DNA of 39,579 nucleotides. It comes from a virus. The notes beneath the pieces are model-generated. The model did not search any database and was not told the origin of the DNA. It worked only from the letters and a program-made list of their open reading frames with translations. Shown in pieces: positions 27,336 through 35,383 of this stretch. Both the position numbers and the translations under genes were made by a program. Location: UHGV virus genome UHGV-0251828; one strand, written 5' to 3'. Each line of letters starts with the position of its first letter. Position 1 is the first letter of the stretch.

Positions 27336-27920
27336 ATGAAAAGTATCCAGGACGTCCGCAGGCAAAATCTCAACGACTTGATCGACCGTGAATTCAATGG
27401 TGTTCAGACGCGGATGGCAGAAAAACTTGGAACTCAGGCAAATCTGGTAAACCGCTGGGCTCTTGGCAAGAAGGTTATCGGCGACCAGGTTGCGCGAAAA
27501 ATTGAAGCTGCCGCCAATAAACCCCGTAACTGGCTTGATATTGATCGTTCGCTTTCTCAGGAGGGTTTTCAGCCTGTCGGCCCGAGCGATATAGGTCAGC
27601 TGGCGGCTCACAACCTGGAACGCTGGATGAGCGAAAGCCGCGACCTTTCAACACAGGGAAAACTTCACCGCGCATCCGGCGTCGCCCAGGTGACAATCAG
27701 CCGTCTGTTAAACAATGAGGTCAGCGTTTCCATTTCCACCCTGGAGAATGTTGCATCCGCATTCGGGCGTCACGGATATGAATTACTGATTCACCCGCAC
27801 GACCCCGCGACTATCAACTATGACCGCTCGCGCTACGCATTGTTACCTGAAACAGAGAAGGCAAAGATCGAAAGTTACATTGAATTTGTCATCAACCAGA
27901 ACGAAAAAAGCAAACAATAA
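27336..27920 (+). CDS. prophage repressor with two XRE-type HTH-like segments and no recognisable S24 peptidase domain
   Basis: 194-aa track ORF; position divergent from cro; strong terminator downstream. Confidence 0.75.
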   Translation: MKSIQDVRRQNLNDLIDREFNGVQTRMAEKLGTQANLVNRWALGKKVIGDQVARKIEAAANKPRNWLDIDRSLSQEGFQPVGPSDIGQLAAHNLERWMSESRDLSTQGKLHRASGVAQVTISRLLNNEVSVSISTLENVASAFGRHGYELLIHPHDPATINYDRSRYALLPETEKAKIESYIEFVINQNEKSKQ

Positions 27921-27941
27921 AACTATAGTTTTCAGCAAGTA

Positions 27942-27967
27942 AGCCGCCTTCTGGCGGCTTTTTTATT
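27942..27967 (+). terminator. intrinsic terminator after repressor gene
   Basis: AGCCGCC-TTCT-GGCGGCT hairpin followed by TTTTTATT. Confidence 0.7.
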
Positions 27968-27977
27968 GCCAGACAGA

Positions 27978-27992
27978 TTACCTTATGGGTAA
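27978..27992. promoter_or_regulatory. left-operator site TTACCTTATGGGTAA
   Basis: Perfect half-sites, upstream of TTGACA at 28012-28017. Confidence 0.6.
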
Positions 27993-28039
27993 TTTTTTTA
28001 ACTCATATCTATTGACATCAAACCAGATACGCATAATTA

Positions 28040-28054
28040 TTACCTCAACGGTAA
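28040..28054. promoter_or_regulatory. left-operator site TTACCTCAACGGTAA overlapping the early-left promoter
   Basis: Perfect half-sites; TTGACA (28012-28017) with 17-bp spacer to an AATTAT -10-like element. Confidence 0.6.
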
Positions 28055-28073
28055 CAGACCGAGGTGACAAGTT

Positions 28074-28226
28074 ATGCAGTGGAAAATCATCAACGGTTGG
28101 TACTGCGTTACTGCATGCGGATTCATGAGCTGGAAGTTCCGCACCTTACAGGAAGGCATTAAGTGGGCTTTCGTCAGCAAAGAAGCTCGCGATGTGGCCA
28201 ACGATAACGAGATATGGGAGGGCTGA
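28074..28226 (+). CDS. first gene of early-left operon, 50-aa Trp-rich hypothetical protein
   Basis: Hand-translated; GAGGTG SD; below track size cut-off. Confidence 0.4.
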   Translation: MQWKIINGWYCVTACGFMSWKFRTLQEGIKWAFVSKEARDVANDNEIWEG

Positions 28227-28228
28227 TA

Positions 28229-28528
28229 ATGAACGTTAATCAGCAGAAAAATCTTCAAAAAATCATGCTGGCATTCGACAAGGACTACCGCCTGTCAGAA
28301 CAGCTATATGACCGACAAGTTGAACTGATTGAGAGTATCCGGCTTCATCAACTGGCCTCAACTTTCGATGTTGTAACAGGCAAAGGCGTTCGTCAGGAAG
28401 TGCTGGAGGCTGCTAAAGACAGCCCTGAGTTCGAAGAACTGATGGATGCCTACCGGCGCGAGGCAATGGCAATTATCGCCCGCTGGGATCTGGCGGATCA
28501 GCTTGATGGACAGAGGGACGCGGCATGA
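28229..28528 (+). CDS. hypothetical protein (~99 aa) directly upstream of exonuclease
   Basis: ATG at 28229 with GGGAGG SD (track ORF starts at 28214). Confidence 0.55.
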   Translation: MNVNQQKNLQKIMLAFDKDYRLSEQLYDRQVELIESIRLHQLASTFDVVTGKGVRQEVLEAAKDSPEFEELMDAYRREAMAIIARWDLADQLDGQRDAA

Positions 28529-29346
28529 ATCCGGGAATTTATTTCGATATCAGCAACGAAGACTACCACGCCGGTGACGGCGTGAGTAAGTCGCAACTGG
28601 ACATGGTTGCCAAGAATCCGGCGCTTCTTAAATGGGTTCAGGCAGCACCAGAAGACGAAGAGAAAAAGTCTGCACTGGATATGGGAACCGCATTGCACTG
28701 TCTGCTTCTGGAGCCTGGAGAGTTCGACAAACGCTTCATTGTTTCACCGAAATTCGATCGTCGGACGAAACAAGGTAAAGCTGACGAAGAGGCATTTCTT
28801 CGTGATGTGGCGGATATGGGGATTACGGTACTTGATGCCGAGCAGTGGCGGAAACTGGAGCTGATGCGTGATAGCGCAATGGCTCACCCGGCGGCACGCT
28901 GGATGCTGGAAGCACCTGGTTACTGCGAAGCATCAATGTACTGGAACGATGAAGAGACGGGTGAGTTGTGCCGAATTCGTCCAGACAAATGGCTAAACGA
29001 GCACAACGTGATCGTCGACGTGAAAAAGGTTGCAGATATGGACCGTTTTGCACGCCACATCGAGGAATTCCGCTACCACGTGCAGGACGCAATGTACCGC
29101 GAAGGCGCAATGAGGGTTACTGGTCAGCCACATGGTTTTTTCTTTCTTGCCGTGAGCGAAAGCATTGATTGTGGTCGGTATCCGGTACGCGTGTTCGGGC
29201 TGGATGCGCCAGATGTCGATGCCGGGCACGCTCTGTTCCGCCGGGATCTGAATACCTATCACGAATGCCGCATCAACGATGAATGGGGCGGAGTGGAAAT
29301 CATTAAACGCCCTGACTGGGCACGTAAACAGGATATGTACGTATGA
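28525..29346 (+). CDS. recombination exonuclease (YqaJ/lambda-Exo-like PD-(D/E)XK)
   Basis: 273-aa track ORF; ATGA coupling to RecT-like gene; motif IVDVKKV. Confidence 0.75.
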   Translation: MNPGIYFDISNEDYHAGDGVSKSQLDMVAKNPALLKWVQAAPEDEEKKSALDMGTALHCLLLEPGEFDKRFIVSPKFDRRTKQGKADEEAFLRDVADMGITVLDAEQWRKLELMRDSAMAHPAARWMLEAPGYCEASMYWNDEETGELCRIRPDKWLNEHNVIVDVKKVADMDRFARHIEEFRYHVQDAMYREGAMRVTGQPHGFFFLAVSESIDCGRYPVRVFGLDAPDVDAGHALFRRDLNTYHECRINDEWGGVEIIKRPDWARKQDMYV

Positions 29347-30224
29347 GCAATGATATCGCAATCACATCACAACCAGGCGCAACTGTAGGCACTGCTGCGG
29401 CAATCTTCAGCCCCGAGGGCATGAATCAACTGGTGCGTTTCGCGGAGTTGATGTCACAAAGCAAAGCGACTGTACCGAAACATCTTGAAGGCAAACCTGC
29501 CGATTGCCTGGCGGTGACCATGCAGGCGGCACAGTGGGGAATGAACCCGTTCGCCGTGGCGCAGAAAACGCATGTGGTAAACGGGACGTTAGGCTACGAA
29601 GCACAGTTGGTAAACGCGGTCGTATCCTCTTCCAGCCTGCTGGCGACACGCCTGAATTATCGCTGGAGCGGTGACTGGTCGAATGTTAACGGCAAAACAG
29701 ATAAATCACCGAATCTGACGGTAACTGTGTCAGCAGTTCTTAAAGGAGAAGCAGAACCCCGTGAGCTTACCATCAGTATGGCGCAAGCCGGAGTGCGTAA
29801 CTCTCCATTGTGGGAACAGGATCCGCGCCAGCAGCTTGCCTATCTTTGCACGAAACGATGGGCTCGCCTGCACGCTCCTGATGTACTTCTCGGTGTTTAC
29901 ACCCCTGACGAATTACAGGAAACGGCACCGCGCGTTGAGCGAGACATTACTCCGCAAACGACTACTGCTGCGGGAATGAACAGTCTGATCAACGCTAAAC
30001 CAGTGAAAAAGCCTGATGAGCAAACGCGTAAAGCGGATAGCCGTGAACCAGAAGAAATGCTGATGGCCTTTACCAGCGCAGCGATGAATTACAGCACTGT
30101 CTCCGAACTGGATAAGGCTTACAAATACATTGCACAAAAACTTTCAGATGATGACGAACTGCTGGCAAAAGCCACCGACGTTTACAGCGTTCGTCGGGAA
30201 GAATTAAACGAAACATCTATGTAA
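29343..30224 (+). CDS. recT: RecT-family single-strand annealing protein
   Basis: 293-aa track ORF paired with exonuclease. Confidence 0.75.
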   Translation: MSNDIAITSQPGATVGTAAAIFSPEGMNQLVRFAELMSQSKATVPKHLEGKPADCLAVTMQAAQWGMNPFAVAQKTHVVNGTLGYEAQLVNAVVSSSSLLATRLNYRWSGDWSNVNGKTDKSPNLTVTVSAVLKGEAEPRELTISMAQAGVRNSPLWEQDPRQQLAYLCTKRWARLHAPDVLLGVYTPDELQETAPRVERDITPQTTTAAGMNSLINAKPVKKPDEQTRKADSREPEEMLMAFTSAAMNYSTVSELDKAYKYIAQKLSDDDELLAKATDVYSVRREELNETSM

Positions 30225-30273
30225 CCACCACCGCGGCGCCACGTGTGCCGCACTGCAACCAAGAGAGGTATTT

Positions 30274-30522
30274 ATGAAAGGTGCATTAGATAAGAAGAAA
30301 CTCCTGGCGGTGGTGCCACTGTCATGGAGCACTATCGACCGTATGGAGCGCGCAGGGGAATTTCCTAAACGCTGGTATATCACTGACAAACGCTGCGCAT
30401 GGAACCGTGACGAAGTTGAGCGTTGGCTTGATGAACGTCAGGCAGCAAGCCCGGCAGAGTTCCAGGGTAAAAAGCCTCCTGTTCAGCAACGTGTATATCG
30501 TCCTGTGAGCAACGCTGCATGA
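30274..30522 (+). CDS. AlpA-family HTH DNA-binding protein (possible excisionase/regulator)
   Basis: 82-aa track ORF; GAGAGG SD. Confidence 0.6.
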   Translation: MKGALDKKKLLAVVPLSWSTIDRMERAGEFPKRWYITDKRCAWNRDEVERWLDERQAASPAEFQGKKPPVQQRVYRPVSNAA

Positions 30523-30631
30523 GTGTGCTTCTAAGGCACTGGAGCAAATGGTCAGGATGGTACTTATTCCTGGCCTCTGTTTCAGCATGGCTTTATCTGC
30601 TGGCATTAATTTTCAGAGAGGGTTGGATTAA

Positions 30632-30931
30632 GTGAGAAAGTTAAGCCGACTTGAAAAATATCACATGAACAAGGTTTCAATGCGCAGTCCGTCAAAGATT
30701 GTCGCCGTTACTCCTGCGGCGATAGAGATCGAAAAACGCGCGATTGAAAGAGAGAAAAAAGGGCAGTTCCGCATTGCCGCTCACCTTTGGCTTCAGTGTA
30801 TGGATGTTGCTTCTGGTGATGTTGAACGTGCAAGGATCGCGGTTCGCAGGGACCAATGTATCACAAAAGGTAACGGCCTTCGCCGTGGCGACTATAGCGG
30901 CATAGGATGTTGCGGGGTGGTTTATGACTAA
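30632..30931 (+). CDS. PerC-like putative transcriptional activator (tentative); start uncertain
   Basis: Track ORF with GTG start; alternative ATG at 30665; motif KGQFRIAAHLW. Confidence 0.4.
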   Translation: MRKLSRLEKYHMNKVSMRSPSKIVAVTPAAIEIEKRAIEREKKGQFRIAAHLWLQCMDVASGDVERARIAVRRDQCITKGNGLRRGDYSGIGCCGVVYD

Positions 30932-31574
30932 GAAATACACGCTAATCTATGCAGATCCACCATGGGTATACCGGGACAAAGCCGCAGATGGTAATCGCGG
31001 TGCCGGTTTTAAATATCCAGTTATGAGTGTGCTGGATATCTGCCGCCTTCCTGTGTGGGATTTGGCCGCTGAAAACTGTCTGTTGGCCATGTGGTGGGTG
31101 CCAACACAACCACTCGAAGCACTAAAAGTTGTTGAAGCCTGGGGATTTCGTCTTATGACCATGAAGGGCTTCACGTGGATAAAATGTGGTAGTCGACAAC
31201 CAGATAAACTGGTTATGGGTATGGGACACATGACTCGCGCCAATAGTGAAGATTGCCTGTTTGCGGTAAAGGGAAAACTACCTCCGCGCATTAATGCAGG
31301 GATCGTTCAGTCATTTACCGCACCGCGGCTTGAGCACTCAAGAAAACCAGATGTCGTTCGTGAAAAACTTGTGCAATTGTTAGGCGATGTTTCTCGCATT
31401 GAACTGTTCGCCCGCCAGTCGTCTCATGGCTTCGATGTTTGGGGTAATCAGTGTGAAGACCCGGCAGTGCAACTACACCCTGGATACGCGTTGGATATTG
31501 CCAGATTAACAAATGCATTCAGCAATGCTCCGCTGTCACCAACAGACAACCAGGGGCGGGAGCGTGCAGCATGA
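30924..31574 (+). CDS. MT-A70-family N6-adenine DNA methyltransferase (orphan)
   Basis: N-terminal IYADPPW motif; 216-aa track ORF; no adjacent restriction gene. Confidence 0.8.
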   Translation: MTKKYTLIYADPPWVYRDKAADGNRGAGFKYPVMSVLDICRLPVWDLAAENCLLAMWWVPTQPLEALKVVEAWGFRLMTMKGFTWIKCGSRQPDKLVMGMGHMTRANSEDCLFAVKGKLPPRINAGIVQSFTAPRLEHSRKPDVVREKLVQLLGDVSRIELFARQSSHGFDVWGNQCEDPAVQLHPGYALDIARLTNAFSNAPLSPTDNQGRERAA

Positions 31575-31765
31575 ACAGGGCATCACCAGCAGATTTAAGG
31601 AAATGCCTTGAAACTGCAAACATGCTTGCACACAGCGGGATCAGGTTTGTTCCAATTCCCGCTGCCACTGATGCTGAATTTGCAACACTGTCAGCAATAT
31701 TCGCAGATAAAATTGAATCACTGGCAGCAGAAGCCGAGATGGAAGAAAATCAGCAGAATAATTAA
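31571..31765 (+). CDS. hypothetical acidic protein (64 aa)
   Basis: Track ORF, ATGA coupling. Confidence 0.45.
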   Translation: MNRASPADLRKCLETANMLAHSGIRFVPIPAATDAEFATLSAIFADKIESLAAEAEMEENQQNN

Positions 31766-31768
31766 ACG

Positions 31769-33019
31769 TTATTCCCCCGCCATCCACTTCTCAAACTTCG
31801 ACGGGGAGAACGGAATCAGATCCGTATGCTCCCCGTTAATCCAGGAATCAATCATATCGGCCCACTGCTGCAACATGTAGGCGCGCTGTCTGGCGTATTC
31901 CGCTTTGTTATATACGGCGCGCACACCTTTCTGCTCATGTGCCAGAGCCTTTTCAATCCAGTCTGAAGGATAACCAGCCTCATGCAACAACGTACTGGCT
32001 GTACGGCGCATATCATGTACAGTGAAGTCCTGAATATGCTCACCATCTTCATTTATTATATTCACCGTTCTGTCGATCAGAGAGTTCAGCGCGGCATTAG
32101 ATAATGGCTTCCGGAAATTGTAACGACCAGGAACCAGATATTCACTTCCACCAGCGCACATCTGCAACCCGACCAATATATCCTGAGCCTGTTTAGGCAG
32201 GTAAATAACGTGCGCCCGGCTTCCCTTCATGCGGTCTGAAGGAATTGTCCATGTCCATTTTTTAAAATCTATTTCATCCCACGTTGCATTGGTGAATTCG
32301 CCTTTACGAACCATAGTGATAAGCACCAGCTTTAAAGCCATTTTCATAGTGCCCATAGCACCAATGGCATCCAGCGTGCGGAAGAACAGGCCAATTTCTT
32401 CTGGTGTCAGTGTTCGCTCTCGTGGTTTAAATATGGCGATAGACGAAGGTTTAATGTCAGCCGCAGGATTAAACAAACCATGACCACGGTCATTGGCGTA
32501 ACGGTATACGCTGCTGATTATTTCCCTGGCCTGTACTGCTGTTGCCCGACCACCGCGTTCGACAATCCGGTCACACAAATCACGAACCATCGATGTGGTA
32601 ATTTCAGCCATCATTTTGTTGCCAAGAACCGGAAGTATGTCACGGTCGATCACTGCCTGCTTCATTGCGCGGGTACTTTCAGCCAGGATGACGTGTTTCA
32701 TATAACTGTCGGTATGTACCGCAAACGTTTCGGCACCACGAATCTTTTTGATACCGTCACGTTTAGCCGCAGCCGGTGACTGGCCTGCTTTAAGCAGCTT
32801 CTTTGCAGCAATCAGTTCTTCTCGCGCTTCTGCCAGGCTGACACCGTCACGCCCATACTGCCCGATTACCAGTGTTTCGCGGCGACCGTTGATACGGTAG
32901 TCATAGCGAAACGAGACCGTACCTGACGTAAGCACAGCTACATACAGCCCGTCACGATCGGAGACCTTGTACAGTTTTTCCTGCGGCTTGAGGTTTTTTA
33001 ATTTTGTATCGGTAAGCAC
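31769..33019 (-). CDS. int: tyrosine integrase (P4-type)
   Basis: 416-aa track ORF with GTG start; size and composition typical of P4-family integrases. Confidence 0.85.
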   Translation of the reverse strand: MLTDTKLKNLKPQEKLYKVSDRDGLYVAVLTSGTVSFRYDYRINGRRETLVIGQYGRDGVSLAEAREELIAAKKLLKAGQSPAAAKRDGIKKIRGAETFAVHTDSYMKHVILAESTRAMKQAVIDRDILPVLGNKMMAEITTSMVRDLCDRIVERGGRATAVQAREIISSVYRYANDRGHGLFNPAADIKPSSIAIFKPRERTLTPEEIGLFFRTLDAIGAMGTMKMALKLVLITMVRKGEFTNATWDEIDFKKWTWTIPSDRMKGSRAHVIYLPKQAQDILVGLQMCAGGSEYLVPGRYNFRKPLSNAALNSLIDRTVNIINEDGEHIQDFTVHDMRRTASTLLHEAGYPSDWIEKALAHEQKGVRAVYNKAEYARQRAYMLQQWADMIDSWINGEHTDLIPFSPSKFEKWMAGE

Positions 33020-33061
33020 AATTCACCCGTATAGAAACCATTTTCATGACGGTATGAGAGT

Positions 33062-33076
33062 ATACCTTTAAGGTAA
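33062..33076. promoter_or_regulatory. operator-like site ATACCTTTAAGGTAA upstream of int
   Basis: One mismatch to TTACC-N5-GGTAA. Confidence 0.35.
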
Positions 33077-33130
33077 TACCGTCACCTGTACCGCCGAAAA
33101 ATATGGTGTAGAGTGAATAGAAATGAATAC

Positions 33131-33163
33131 ATAAAAACAAAAACCCTCTGTAAAAACAGAGGG
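33131..33163 (-). terminator. strong intrinsic terminator ending the lysis operon
   Basis: CCCTCTG-TAAAAA-CAGAGGG hairpin followed on minus strand by TTTTTGTTTTT. Confidence 0.75.
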
Positions 33164-33313
33164 TTGAGTTAGTATCTGAATAGGAATGATTTGCTATGAG
33201 TTAGCTGTTAATCATTCCCACTCAATTATTTACGACATGCATAATTAATTGACTGATAACAACTTTCTGCAACATGATTTTCACCGTACCGTTTTATATA
33301 CCGTCACCGAAAA

Positions 33314-33811
33314 TCAGTACCACGATTTTTGCTTCTTCAGTGAATCGTATTGCTGTTCGCAGGATTCTCCTGCAATCCGATACTTTTCAGCCTCAGCTGC
33401 TGTTGCGTTGTAAACTCGGTTGCTTTCTTCAAGCATGTCGGCGAGCACACCGATGACCTTGCTGGCTGGCGTGCCAGTGGGGAAAGATCCGGTATAGTGT
33501 TCGGCGAGTCGCTTGGTTTTGTCAAGCTCGGCGCGCAGGCTGTCAGCAGCGGCATTAGCATGCTCAGCATCAACACGCGCCACATCGATACGGGATTGTG
33601 TTTCACGTTCAATTTGTGTTTTCTCCTGATCACGTTGTGACCTGGCCTTATCATCAGCCTGTTTCTGATCTTCCTGTGCCTGCGCATACCCGGCGTCGTA
33701 CTGACGACTGCCGTGTGCATTCCAGGCTACAACTCCTGATATGACCAGAACAGCAAGCATCGCCATGATAACCAACTGTTTCCAGTATGCTTTTGCGAAT
33801 GCCCAGATCAT
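33314..33811 (-). CDS. Rz-like i-spanin
   Basis: 165 aa; N-terminal TM segment then charged coiled-coil; start overlaps endolysin stop. Confidence 0.65.
   Translation of the reverse strand: MIWAFAKAYWKQLVIMAMLAVLVISGVVAWNAHGSRQYDAGYAQAQEDQKQADDKARSQRDQEKTQIERETQSRIDVARVDAEHANAAADSLRAELDKTKRLAEHYTGSFPTGTPASKVIGVLADMLEESNRVYNATAAEAEKYRIAGESCEQQYDSLKKQKSWY
33337..33585 (-). CDS. Rz1-like o-spanin lipoprotein embedded in the Rz frame; start uncertain
   Basis: Alternate frame inside Rz; signal peptide with lipobox LTAC and Pro-rich mature part. Confidence 0.45.
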   Translation of the reverse strand: MWRVLMLSMLMPLLTACAPSLTKPSDSPNTIPDLSPLARQPARSSVCSPTCLKKATEFTTQQQLRLKSIGLQENPANSNTIH

Positions 33812-34437
33812 ACCGCCAGCACCTTACTGGCAGTGATGTATCGCGCGCGCCGGTCATCAATGCCGTTCCGGCCACCATTGATAAGCAGAGTTACACGTGC
33901 AATATCTCCGGTATACTTCATGCAGCCTTTGCTGGAGAAGAACCACGCCGCGCTACGAGCCGCGTATTCGTCCTGCGCCAACAGTTCAGGATTCTCCAGC
34001 AGGTCCACTTTCAGGCCGTTTCCGCAATCACGATAGTTATTCAAACCGGTAATCTGGATAAGTCCGCGACCTCGGTAATTCCAGCCATCGCCGGGGGCAT
34101 TGTTCCCCATGCGTTTGCTGTACACCAGATTTGCGATCGCACGCTGGCGCTCGAGTGGTAATGGCGGTTCACCAGCACGGCGACCCAGTGCGTTGGCCTG
34201 TCCCTGAGTGAGACGACCGGCACGAACGAAGTTAGCCAGTCCGGTGACGCTGTAATTGAAATTCTCCTGCAACCTGGTGAAGCCTCCAGACTCATGCCCG
34301 ACCTGAGCAATAAACATAGCCTGATCTTCTGGTTTGCTGATACCAAACTCTCTCATCGCAGAAGTTATATACGAGAACCAGCGTGCAGCCAGCGCCTCGC
34401 TGATACCAGCAGCTCGCTGGAATTGTTTAATCTCCAT
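33808..34437 (-). CDS. endolysin (GH19-type by motif, from memory)
   Basis: Track ORF 33808..34602 trimmed to ATG 34437 (GAGGT SD); motif QVGHESGG...GRGLIQITG. Confidence 0.75.
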   Translation of the reverse strand: MEIKQFQRAAGISEALAARWFSYITSAMREFGISKPEDQAMFIAQVGHESGGFTRLQENFNYSVTGLANFVRAGRLTQGQANALGRRAGEPPLPLERQRAIANLVYSKRMGNNAPGDGWNYRGRGLIQITGLNNYRDCGNGLKVDLLENPELLAQDEYAARSAAWFFSSKGCMKYTGDIARVTLLINGGRNGIDDRRARYITASKVLAV

Positions 34438-34735
34438 GTTTAGACCTCGATACTTTGAAAATTTGAACGACGTTACCGCGCGTTTTAATAACCGCAGCGA
34501 GCATGACAGCGTTGATAATGACCTCAGATAAATCCACAGCCATTGGCGTGCGGAACCAGATTGCATAGGCAACACGAATCGGAATACTGGCCGCAGCAAC
34601 AATCAGGAAATAAGCAAGCCACCCCCCCCATCTTCGATGTTGAGATCCGTTACGCCGGAATGTGACAACGCGAATTGCTATGCCAGTACAAATAACTGCA
34701 TTGGTGATAAGCAAAAAAAACTCATGCGTTACCAT
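34427..34735 (-). CDS. small membrane protein (holin or antiholin-like, 102 aa)
   Basis: Track ORF; GGGAG SD; two hydrophobic segments; overlaps endolysin start. Confidence 0.5.
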   Translation of the reverse strand: MVTHEFFLLITNAVICTGIAIRVVTFRRNGSQHRRWGGWLAYFLIVAAASIPIRVAYAIWFRTPMAVDLSEVIINAVMLAAVIKTRGNVVQIFKVSRSKHGD

Positions 34736-35126
34736 CGTCTTTTCTCCCCGGAATTAACTCGCGTGGATTATCGGAACGGTGGTAGAGCCATATACCAATA
34801 CGCACAGCAACAATTGCTGACACGAATGCGCCAGCAGAGAAAACAATCCCTTTTTCAAAAGAGTCCTGCGTGATAGTAGGGATCAGGCTGGCTATGCCGA
34901 TAAGAATTGATGCTGCTGGTTTATAAAAAAGAAGGCCGCAGAGAAAGCTAAGCATCGATAAGAGTACGCGACGATGAATTGGGTACTCTACCGCAGAGGT
35001 AACAAAAATTACCGCACCAGCCAAAGACCCTAAAGCAACCTCAGGAGGAACTCCTGCTATAACCGCAGCAAGAGAACTCATGCTAAGCCATTGATTTAAA
35101 GATTCACTGGTTAGTTGAGCTGACAT
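34722..35126 (-). CDS. holin-like membrane protein (~134 aa); start uncertain
   Basis: Track ORF 34722..35159; ATG candidates at 35126 and 35138; 3-4 hydrophobic segments and charged C-terminus. Confidence 0.5.
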   Translation of the reverse strand: MSAQLTSESLNQWLSMSSLAAVIAGVPPEVALGSLAGAVIFVTSAVEYPIHRRVLLSMLSFLCGLLFYKPAASILIGIASLIPTITQDSFEKGIVFSAGAFVSAIVAVRIGIWLYHRSDNPRELIPGRKDDGNA

Positions 35127-35383
35127 AATGTGCACCATATTTTGTATATACAGATCCACTTAAACTGTCAGCTAATTATACACAACAAACCATATAAGAA
35201 TAATTATTACTCAATATTATTCTTGATTATTCGTATTTATCCGGTGCGCCGTAAAAACCAGTTCTTCTTGGCGTAGAGGATGTCAAGAGAATTAAATGAT
35301 AATTACATTGTTGATAAGTGGCGTCCTTGCCGTGGTAATTACTAAACTTATGATTTCTCCGCCATGCCTGATATGGAAAATAA

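Larger units (their letters stand above)
33046..33308. other. candidate attP region
   Basis: Direct repeat ATACCGTCACC at 33076-33086 and 33298-33308, inverted partial copy at 33046-33054, 9-bp inverted repeat GGAATGATT/AATCATTCC at 33183-33218; lies between int and the lysis terminator. Confidence 0.35.

Noticed and set aside
6039-34602. Long N-terminal extensions in track ORFs (6039..8627, 20369..21043, 21415..21912, 33808..34602, 22703..23020)
   Set aside because: Extensions overlap the upstream gene or a terminator; internal ATGs with good SD and stop/start overlap give cleaner gene boundaries.
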